DNA of 32,000 nt. Origin: Cereibacter sphaeroides 2.4.1. Its GTDB lineage: Bacteria; Pseudomonadota; Alphaproteobacteria; Rhodobacterales; Rhodobacteraceae. Below the pieces are notes generated by a model, which ran no database searches, was not told the origin of the DNA, and saw only the letters and a list, made by a program, of their open reading frames with translations. The translations under genes and the position numbers were made by a program. The stretch spans positions 600,001 through 632,000 of the forward strand of contig NC_007493.2 of assembly GCF_000012905.2 (NCBI RefSeq). Direction: 5' to 3'. Of the stretch, positions 25,852 to 32,000 are shown piece after piece (the stretch's first letter is position 1; every line of letters starts with the position of its first letter).

Positions 25852-25905
25852 TCAGTGCCCTCATTGCCCTCATTGCCCTCAGTTTCTTCAGTCTCTTCAG
25901 GGGCT
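25852..25905. repeat. six-unit 9-bp tandem repeat (TCAGTGCCC TCATTGCCC TCATTGCCC TCAGTTTCT TCAGTCTCT TCAGGGGCT)
   Basis: Read directly. Every unit starts with TCA. Units 2 and 3 are identical. It lies in the gap between the convergent AraC and LysR genes. Confidence 0.85.
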
Positions 25906-26066
25906 TGACGCAGCCGCCTTTGCTTTCGCGGTCGGAAAGCCCTGCCTGTCCGATGTGTGCCTCGTGAAGATCGGTGGACCCGGCGTCCGGCCGCGGGACA
26001 GACCGGGTCCCTCCCGATCCCGGACGCCTGTCTCCGATAGGCCCGCATCGGTGGCCGCGTCCCGCG

Positions 26067-26960
26067 TCAGGCCGCCTCCCTCTCGCGGGCCATGGCGAGA
26101 AAGGCGGTGAAGCCGGCCGAGGGGTTGCGGCGGCCGGAGTAATAGAGGCTGAAGCCGGGGCGGTTCGGCGTCCAGTCCTCCAGGAGGCGGATCATGCGAC
26201 CGGCGGCGATGTCCTCGGCCACATCCGCTTCTATGAAATATCCGATCCCGGCGCCGTCCAGCACGGCGGCGCGGGCGATGGCGGCTTCGTCCACCGTCAG
26301 GCGGCCGCTCGCCTCGAAGGGCAGCGGCACCCCGTCCTTCTGGAAGGGCCAGCGCAGCAGCGCGCCGTTCGGCAGGCGCACGCGGAGGCACGCATCGGGA
26401 TCCAGATCGGCGGGCGAGCGCGGCTCCGGATGGCGGACCAGCCAGTCGGGAGAGGCCACCACCGCATGGCGCACGGGGAGGCCCAGCGGCAGCGCGATCA
26501 TGTCGCGCGGCACCAGATCGGCGGGACGGATGCCCATATCGAACCCCTCCGCCACGATGTCCAACAGCCGCCCCTCGGTCACCAGATCGACCCGCATCTC
26601 GGGGTAGCGGCGCAGGAAGGCCAGCACGAGCGGGGCCACCGCCCGTCCGGCCTGCACCGAGGCGTTGATCCGCAGCATTCCCGAGGGCGTGGCACGCTGC
26701 GACCGGACCGTCTCCAGCGCGGCGCGGATCTCGGTCAGCGCCGGGGCGATGCGGGCCACGAACTCGCGCCCGGCCTCGGTCAAGGCCACGCTGCGGGTGG
26801 TGCGGTGGAAGAGCCGGACGCCGAGGCCGGCCTCCAGCCGCGCGACCGTATGCGACAGCGCGGTGGTCGAGACGCCCAGATCCAGCGCCGCCGCCCGGAA
26901 CGAGCCCTTTCGCGCGATGGCCAGAACCGCCTCGAGCGCCTTCAACCCGCTGTCCATCAT
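26067..26960 (-). CDS. LysR-family transcriptional regulator
   Basis: From the ATG at 26960 the protein reads [43 protein letters not shown] (LTTR HTH), followed by a LysR substrate-binding domain. It is divergent from the SnoaL-like/SDR pair. Confidence 0.9.
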   Translation of the reverse strand: MMDSGLKALEAVLAIARKGSFRAAALDLGVSTTALSHTVARLEAGLGVRLFHRTTRSVALTEAGREFVARIAPALTEIRAALETVRSQRATPSGMLRINASVQAGRAVAPLVLAFLRRYPEMRVDLVTEGRLLDIVAEGFDMGIRPADLVPRDMIALPLGLPVRHAVVASPDWLVRHPEPRSPADLDPDACLRVRLPNGALLRWPFQKDGVPLPFEASGRLTVDEAAIARAAVLDGAGIGYFIEADVAEDIAAGRMIRLLEDWTPNRPGFSLYYSGRRNPSAGFTAFLAMAREREAA

Positions 26961-26995
26961 TGTCCCGATCCTGTCATCACCAGATGCCGATCTAT

Positions 26996-27008
26996 CCCGA
27001 TTATCGGG
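26996..27008. promoter_or_regulatory. palindrome CCCGAT-T-ATCGGG, candidate LTTR operator
   Basis: Perfect 6-1-6 palindrome in the 94-bp divergent LysR/SnoaL intergenic region. CCCGAT also occurs at 26964-26969 and CCGATC at 26987-26992. Confidence 0.4.
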
Positions 27009-27054
27009 CGCTTCGTCGAGGATTATGGTGAAGTCACAGCAACAGGAGCCGCCC

Positions 27055-27378
27055 ATGACCCTACCCGCCCCGATCGAGACTTATTTCACCGCAGAGGCGC
27101 CGCAGGAGGGCCCGCGGTTCGCCGCAGCCTTCGCGCCGGAGGCCATCGTCCATGACGAGGGGAAAAGCCATCGCGGCCCCGCCGAGATCGAAGCCTGGTG
27201 GAAGGCCGCCAAGGCGAAATACCGCCACCGCGCCGAACCGCTGGAGGTGACGGAGGCCCGCGGCAAGACCGTGGTCCGCGCGCGCGTCAGCGGCCACTTC
27301 CCGGGCAGCCCGGCGATGCTGACCTTCACCTTCGGTCTCTCGGGCGACCGCATCACGGATCTGAGGATCGGCGGATGA
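27055..27378 (+). CDS. SnoaL-like / NTF2-fold small protein
   Basis: ATG at 27055 with AGGAG upstream. The 107-aa protein starts [15 protein letters not shown]... The size and pattern are typical of SnoaL-like polyketide-cyclase-fold proteins. Its stop overlaps the SDR start (ATGA). Confidence 0.6.
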   Translation: MTLPAPIETYFTAEAPQEGPRFAAAFAPEAIVHDEGKSHRGPAEIEAWWKAAKAKYRHRAEPLEVTEARGKTVVRARVSGHFPGSPAMLTFTFGLSGDRITDLRIGG

Positions 27379-28154
27379 CCGGGTTCCTGACGCTGCAGGG
27401 CAAGCGCGCCCTCATCACCGGCGGCACGCAGGGCGCGGGCGCGGCCACGCTCGCGCTCTTCCGCGAGCTCGGGGCCGAGGTCCTGACCTCGGCGCGCCAC
27501 CGCCCCGGCGACCTGCCCGAGGAAATGTTCGTGGCCGCCGACCTGACGACCCCTGCGGGCTGCGGGGCGCTGGCCGCGGCGGTGCGCGACCGACTGGGCG
27601 GGGTGGACATTCTGGTCCATATGCTCGGCGGATCTTCGGCACCTGGCGGGGGCTTCGCCGCGCTGGGCGAGGCGGAGTGGCAGGCGGAGCTGAACCTGAA
27701 CCTGATGCCCGCCGTCCGCCTCGACCGCGCGCTGCTGCCCGGCATGGTGGCGCGCGGGTCGGGCGTCGTCGTCCATGTCACCTCGATCCAGCGCCTCCTG
27801 CCTCTGCCCGAGGCGACGACGGGTTATGCCGCGGCCAAGGCCGCGCTGTCGGCCTACAGCAAGAGCCTGTCGAAGGAGGTGGCGCCGAAGGGCGTGCGCG
27901 TGGTGCGCGTGACGCCGGGCTGGATCGCGACCGAGGCCTCGCTCCGGCTGGCCGAGCGTCTGGCCGCAGAGGCGGGCACCGATCTCGAGGACGGCAAGCG
28001 CCGGATCATGGCCTCGCTCGGCGGCATCCCCCTCGGCCGCCCCTCGACGCCTGCCGAGGTTGCGAGCCTGATCGCCTTCCTCGTCTCTGACCGGGCGGCG
28101 AGCATCACCGGGACGGAACATGTGATCGACGGAGGCACGGTGCCGACGGTGTGA
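27375..28154 (+). CDS. short-chain dehydrogenase/reductase (SDR) family oxidoreductase
   Basis: [10 protein letters not shown] (TGxxxGxG) cofactor motif and YAAAKAAL (YxxxK) catalytic motif. ATG at 27375 is coupled to the upstream gene. Confidence 0.9.
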   Translation: MTGFLTLQGKRALITGGTQGAGAATLALFRELGAEVLTSARHRPGDLPEEMFVAADLTTPAGCGALAAAVRDRLGGVDILVHMLGGSSAPGGGFAALGEAEWQAELNLNLMPAVRLDRALLPGMVARGSGVVVHVTSIQRLLPLPEATTGYAAAKAALSAYSKSLSKEVAPKGVRVVRVTPGWIATEASLRLAERLAAEAGTDLEDGKRRIMASLGGIPLGRPSTPAEVASLIAFLVSDRAASITGTEHVIDGGTVPTV

Positions 28155-28235
28155 GGGCCGGGCCGGAGCGAGGCGGGCTGCCTGAGCCGAGGCCGGCGAG
28201 GGCTGCGGTGCGTCAGGGGGGGGCCGCCGGGCCGG

Positions 28236-29306
28236 TCAGGCGCCGTTGAGGGGCGCGATCAGTTCGAAGTGCAGGCCCGCGGGCTCGTAGCTCACCTCGA
28301 CCGTGCCGTCGAACTCGGCCGCGAGAACCTGTTTGACGAGGAGGCTGCCGAAGCCGTGATGGCTGGGAGGTGTCACGGGCGGGCCGCCGCGCTCGGTCCA
28401 GGATAGGCGCAGCCTGCGGGTTCCTGCATCCCGCTGGTCGGACCAGTCGACCACGACCCGCCCCTCGTTCGTGGACAGCGCGCCGTATTTCACCGCATTG
28501 GTCGCCAGCTCGAACATGGCGAGCGTCAGGGCGAAGGTCTGCTTGTCGGTCAGGGACACCTCCGGGCCGGAGGCGAGGAACCTGCAGCCCTTGTCGTCGA
28601 GCCGCCGGTGGACGTGGGCCAGAACCTCGGTGACCGTCGCTCTGGAGCTGCCGTGCAGGGACAGGATATTCTGCGCCTGTCCCATGTCTTCCAGGCGGTG
28701 GAGCAGCTTCTCGGTCAGGTCCTCCACCGTGGCCGCCCGGCGCGCGCTCTGCCGCACGACGGCAGAGACGAGGGCGTAGGAATTCTTCATCCGGTGAACG
28801 AGCTCGCGGTTGCTGATGGCGGCGCGGCGCTCGAACCGGACGCGGTCGGTCGTCTCCACCACCGTGTCGATGAAGCCGCGGATCACGCCCGCCTCGTCCG
28901 CGACGGGACTGTAGGAAAAGGTGAAGAAGGCCTTCTCCATCCCGCGATCGTCGCGCAGGACCGACAGGGGGAAATCCTTGATGAAGGTGGACTCGCCCGC
29001 CATGGCCTTCGCCGCGATGGGTCCGATGGACGGCCATGCCTCGTGCCAGATCACCGAGAAGGGCAGGCCGAGGCAATCGCCCTTGTTGCCGAGGATCGGC
29101 ACGAAGGCGTCGTTGTAGATGGCGATATGGTCCGGCCCCCAGCACAGACATTGCGCGAAGCCCGAGTTCAGCGTCATCGCCACGCTGACCTTGAGGGCAG
29201 GCGGCCAGTCCTCGATCGCGCCCAGCGGTGTCACGGCCCAGTCCAGGGCCGCGACACGCTGCGCCATGGGAAGGCTGAGATCCAGAAACGCAAACGGATC
29301 GGTCAT
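28236..29306 (-). CDS. PAS-domain sensor histidine kinase, HWE/HisKA_2 type (no cognate response regulator nearby)
   Basis: H-box ELVHRMKNSYALV, N-box ELATNAVKYGA, and C-terminal HHGFGSLLV. The N-terminal ~190 aa are PAS-like. ATG at 29306 with GGAGA upstream. The 107 upstream codons of the track ORF have many A/T-ending codons and were discarded. Confidence 0.85.
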   Translation of the reverse strand: MTDPFAFLDLSLPMAQRVAALDWAVTPLGAIEDWPPALKVSVAMTLNSGFAQCLCWGPDHIAIYNDAFVPILGNKGDCLGLPFSVIWHEAWPSIGPIAAKAMAGESTFIKDFPLSVLRDDRGMEKAFFTFSYSPVADEAGVIRGFIDTVVETTDRVRFERRAAISNRELVHRMKNSYALVSAVVRQSARRAATVEDLTEKLLHRLEDMGQAQNILSLHGSSRATVTEVLAHVHRRLDDKGCRFLASGPEVSLTDKQTFALTLAMFELATNAVKYGALSTNEGRVVVDWSDQRDAGTRRLRLSWTERGGPPVTPPSHHGFGSLLVKQVLAAEFDGTVEVSYEPAGLHFELIAPLNGA

Positions 29307-29865
29307 CGGGTCTCCGCTTGTCGTTGACCGCCTTCTGTAAGCCATGGCCATGCGGTGCCGCAAGGTGGGAAGCCCGGCCAGTCGAAGGCAGTCCCTCGGG
29401 CCGAGGCGCCGCATCCTGTTCGTTGCCCCTCCCGCCACGGTGCCTGAGGCTAACTCTGGCACGGGGAAACGGCCATGCGTGCACCCCCGGGGGATGGAGC
29501 CCCGAACTTTGAAGTCCAGGCCCGCGTGCAGGGCCCCTGCCTCGATGCGCTCGAGGCGGCAACCGCCTGTCGTGCCGGATGGCGATCTCAGGGCTTCGGC
29601 CCGCGCCGATTGCGCCCTCCATTCCACCCAAGCGTGTGTCGCCTTCGCATTCCGGATAGCGGAGTCGCAAATATGCCATCAACCTTGGGTCGTCCACGTC
29701 GGAGGGACCATGCTGTCAGTCCTGCGCCTCTTCAGCCTGCGGCACCGAGAGTGTCTCCGACCCGCTGCCGGCAGGCTTCTGCACGGCGCCCCGGATGCGT
29801 GATGCCGCCGTCCCGTGAGTAGCCGGTCACGTCGCTGTCGCCCCAATCGCTGAAAGGACCGTTCC

Positions 29866-30270
29866 ATGACCTGTCGCAAGCTGACCCGGCTGGCCGCCCT
29901 GCTGCTGACGATCGGCGGCGTGCCGGCGATGGCAGACGACATCCGGCGCGAGGCCGTGCACTTCGCCCCGGGAACCTCGGGCTCGACGATCAACGGCAGG
30001 ATCAAGGGCTACAACGCGGTGCAGTACAGTCTCGGCGTCAAGGCAGGCCAGAAGATGAGCGTGCAGCTCGATTCCGGCAATGCGAGCCTCTACTTCAACA
30101 TTACGGCTCCGGGCGCCAGCGAGGCGCTCTACAACAGCTCCATCGATGGCAACGGCACGTCGGTCACCATCCCGTCCAGCGGCACCTATGTGATCGACGT
30201 CTATCTGATGCGCAATGCCGCAAGGCGGGGTGAAACCGCCAACTACTCCCTGACGCTCTACGTCGAATGA
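29866..30270 (+). CDS. periplasmic PliG-like protein (inhibitor of g-type lysozyme family)
   Basis: Signal peptide, then VHFAPGTSGSTINGRIKGYNAVQYSLGVKAGQKMSV...IPSSGTYVIDVYLMRNAARRGETANYSLTLYVE. Judged from memory, this aligns along its length with E. coli PliG/YcgK (VEFRKGHSSAQYSGEIKGYDYDTYTFYAKKGQKVHV...LPASGKYELRVLQTRNDARKNKTKKYNVDIQIK). Length is 134 aa versus about 133. Confidence 0.75.
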   Translation: MTCRKLTRLAALLLTIGGVPAMADDIRREAVHFAPGTSGSTINGRIKGYNAVQYSLGVKAGQKMSVQLDSGNASLYFNITAPGASEALYNSSIDGNGTSVTIPSSGTYVIDVYLMRNAARRGETANYSLTLYVE

Positions 30271-30290
30271 CCCTCAGGAAAGGACAAGCC

Positions 30291-30569
30291 ATGAAACATG
30301 CCGCATTGCTGGCCGGCGCGCTGACATTGTCTGCCTGCGCCGAGGCGGGAGGAACGAGCCCCTCCGACTTTCCCGAGGATGTGAAGGCCTGCAAGCAGGC
30401 GATGGCCTATCGCTCGATGACCACGCCGACCTTCATCGAGGTCGTCAGCGCCGCCCCGCTTCGGGACGGGTCCGGTATCCAGATGTTCCTGACCCATAAC
30501 GGCCAGAACATGACGATCTGCCGCACGAACAACAGCCACGAGGTGAAGGAGCTTTTCGCCTACGGCTGA
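30291..30569 (+). CDS. small lipoprotein, unknown function
   Basis: ATG at 30291 with AGGAAAGGA upstream. The lipobox L-S-A-C is in MKHAALLAGALTLSAC. Total length 92 aa. I recognise no family. Confidence 0.7.
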   Translation: MKHAALLAGALTLSACAEAGGTSPSDFPEDVKACKQAMAYRSMTTPTFIEVVSAAPLRDGSGIQMFLTHNGQNMTICRTNNSHEVKELFAYG

Positions 30570-30641
30570 AGGCCGGACGGTCGAGGGCTTCGGCGCTGCG
30601 TCCTGCGCGCACCGCAGCGACCGGGCAAGGGCAGTTCCATC

Positions 30642-31376
30642 ATGACGGCGAAACCGGATTTCCCCTTCTACAATGGTCGGCCGATCCCGTTCGAGGGCCG
30701 GGACTGGCTGCTGCTGATGGGCTCTCTGGCAGTGGCTCTGGCAGTCCTCACGCTGCTGCCGCTGCGCCATTTCCCGCAAGACATCGTCCCGGCGCTGCTC
30801 TTCCTCGCGATCCCGCTTCTGGCGCTGCGCCATGTCGCCGGGCCGCACTGGACGGCGCTGTTCCGTCCGGTGGGCCTCCGTGAGATCGGCCTGATGCTGC
30901 TCTTCGGGCTGCTCACCCTGGGGGGATCGATCCTTGCGGGGCTGATCCTCTCCCAATTTCTCACCTTCAGCGGCAATCCGGTGGCCGAGAGTTTCGACGG
31001 CATGACCGGCATCGCGCTGGTAGCCCGGCTTCTCCCGACCGTCCCGCAACTCATCGGCGAGGAGCTGCTCGGCATTCTGCCGTTTCTGGCCGTGCTCTGG
31101 TTCTGTGTCACCCGGATGCGCCTCTCGCGTCCGGCTGGGGTCCTTATCGGGCTTCTGGTCTCGGCGCTGGTCTTCGGCGCGGCGCATCTGCCGACCTATG
31201 ACTGGAACTGGGGGCAGGCGCTGCTCGGAATCGGATCGGCAAGGGTCTTCCTGACCCTGGCCTATGTCGCCACGCGCAATCTCTGGGTTTCGGCGGGGGC
31301 GCATGTGCTGAACGACTGGATCGGTTTCATCTTCGCCTTCGCTGCGGGCCATGCGCCCATCGGCTCCGACCCCTGA
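30642..31376 (+). CDS. CPBP-family intramembrane glutamic endopeptidase (CAAX protease/Abi-like)
   Basis: Multi-pass membrane protein carrying the three CPBP motifs: EELLGILPF (EExxxR-type), FGAAH (FxxxH) and HVLND (HxxxN/D). Confidence 0.8.
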   Translation: MTAKPDFPFYNGRPIPFEGRDWLLLMGSLAVALAVLTLLPLRHFPQDIVPALLFLAIPLLALRHVAGPHWTALFRPVGLREIGLMLLFGLLTLGGSILAGLILSQFLTFSGNPVAESFDGMTGIALVARLLPTVPQLIGEELLGILPFLAVLWFCVTRMRLSRPAGVLIGLLVSALVFGAAHLPTYDWNWGQALLGIGSARVFLTLAYVATRNLWVSAGAHVLNDWIGFIFAFAAGHAPIGSDP

Positions 31377-31391
31377 GCCGGAGGGTAGATC

Positions 31392-31688
31392 ATGGCCCTG
31401 TCGCATGATGCTGTTGTTCGCCTCACGACCCTGGGCTGGGCGCTGCTCCTGATTCTGTTCGTGATCGGTGCGCTGCTGCTCTGGGCGGCCTCGCCGCTGC
31501 TCTTTGCCGGGGTGGTCCTTGTCGGAGCGCTGCTCGGCCTTTTGATCCACGCCGCCCGGCGCCTGACGCGCCGCGACGGATGGCCCCCGGGCCGGACGCG
31601 GGCCGGCCTGATCGGCGCGGGGCTGCTGACCTGCCTTGTCGCTGCCCCGGTCTGGTGGCTGGGCCAACTGCGACTCGCCCCGCCCTGA
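31392..31688 (+). CDS. small membrane protein (98 aa, about 3 TM segments)
   Basis: ATG at 31392 with GGAGGG upstream, 15 nt after the CPBP stop. Strongly hydrophobic segments. No family recognised. Confidence 0.6.
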   Translation: MALSHDAVVRLTTLGWALLLILFVIGALLLWAASPLLFAGVVLVGALLGLLIHAARRLTRRDGWPPGRTRAGLIGAGLLTCLVAAPVWWLGQLRLAPP

Positions 31689-31694
31689 GCGGGG

Positions 31695-31985
31695 TCACGA
31701 TCCGATCGTCACCGGGCCGCTCAGCAGAGACAGCGCGAAGACGCCGAAGAAGCAGAGTGCACCGATGACGAGGGCCAGCGCGGTCTGGCCCATGGCCTGA
31801 CGAAGGCGCGTGTTGCGGTGGATCATGAAACCGCGCGTCAGCGCCACTGCGTACCAGCCGAGCCCGAGCAGGAAGATCGCCAGCGCCGTCGGCCCGGTCC
31901 AGACGGGCTCGAGAGTGCCTAGCATCATCGCGAGGTCCAGCATCAGCACGAAGGGCACCGTCACGTAGCATTGGGCGTAGAACAT
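31695..31985 (-). CDS. membrane protein; possibly the C-terminal part of a longer protein starting beyond the window
   Basis: The 96-aa hydrophobic ORF is convergent with the previous gene. The 15 nt upstream of the ATG at 31985 remain open in frame to the window edge, so the true start may lie outside. Confidence 0.5.
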   Translation of the reverse strand: MFYAQCYVTVPFVLMLDLAMMLGTLEPVWTGPTALAIFLLGLGWYAVALTRGFMIHRNTRLRQAMGQTALALVIGALCFFGVFALSLLSGPVTIGS

Positions 31986-32000
31986 CGGGCGCAGCGTCTT

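Noticed and set aside
25852-25905. CRISPR-like array
   Set aside because: The units are only 9 bp, directly abutting with no spacers, and no cas genes are present. It is a simple tandem repeat.
25828-25908. In-frame 26-codon extension of the AraC-family gene through the 9-bp repeats
   Set aside because: It requires stop-codon read-through with no supporting signal. The open frame is most simply a consequence of the 9-bp (3-codon) periodicity with TCA in frame.
29341-29400. Cobalamin riboswitch start (GGTGCC...GGGAAGCCCGG)
   Set aside because: It lacks the CCGGTGAAAATCC core continuation and any recognisable B12 box (AGYCMGGAGACCKGCC-like) downstream.
29439-29520. RNase P RNA-like strings (GGTGCC...GGGGAAAC, GAAGTCCAGG)
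   Set aside because: The resemblance is only local. The universally conserved GAGGAAAGUCCGGGCUC block and the rest of the roughly 400-nt architecture are absent on both strands.
29307-29627. 107-codon N-terminal extension of the HWE kinase ORF
   Set aside because: Many A/T-ending codons lie just upstream of 29306 (4 of the last 11) and the sequence is not protein-like. A GGAGA Shine-Dalgarno sequence precedes the ATG at 29306.

Overview
This is a high-GC alphaproteobacterial chromosome segment. The gene content and several distinctive proteins (SHP haem protein, diheme cytochrome c, PCuAC, GcrA) point to Cereibacter/Rhodobacter sphaeroides or a close relative. I support about 35 protein-coding genes. 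I found no rRNA, tRNA, CRISPR array, transposase or integrase. Positions 1-19,700 are ordinary core genome: trpD/trpG/trpE, a PpiD-like chaperone, AsmA, GcrA, argD-argF, a GreA/B-like factor, Nudix, HrpB, MeaB, L28 and a copper-chaperone pair. Positions 19.7-32 kb look more accessory. They hold the cytochrome b-SHP-DHC operon, cspA, AraC and LysR regulators with small enzyme genes, an orphan PAS-HWE kinase, and a PliG-like / lipoprotein / CPBP protease / small membrane protein cluster. Many long ORFs in the supplied track are Arg/Pro/Ala-rich off-frame or antisense shadows typical of high-GC DNA, and I discarded them. I cannot point to a clear new multi-gene system. The best leads are: (1) two copies of a 37-bp operator-like array of TGAC/GTCA half-sites spaced exactly 11 bp apart, in the divergent shp promoter region; (2) an unlisted 62-aa Cys-rich ORF next to that array, with 60 of 62 codons ending in G/C; (3) an FNR/FixK-type palindrome followed by a 9-bp tandem repeat array between two convergent regulator genes; (4) a repeat family upstream of gcrA/argD; (5) the PliG-like/CPBP envelope cluster and its 560-bp AT-richer upstream region. 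All functional calls rest on motif and family recognition by eye. No database search was run.
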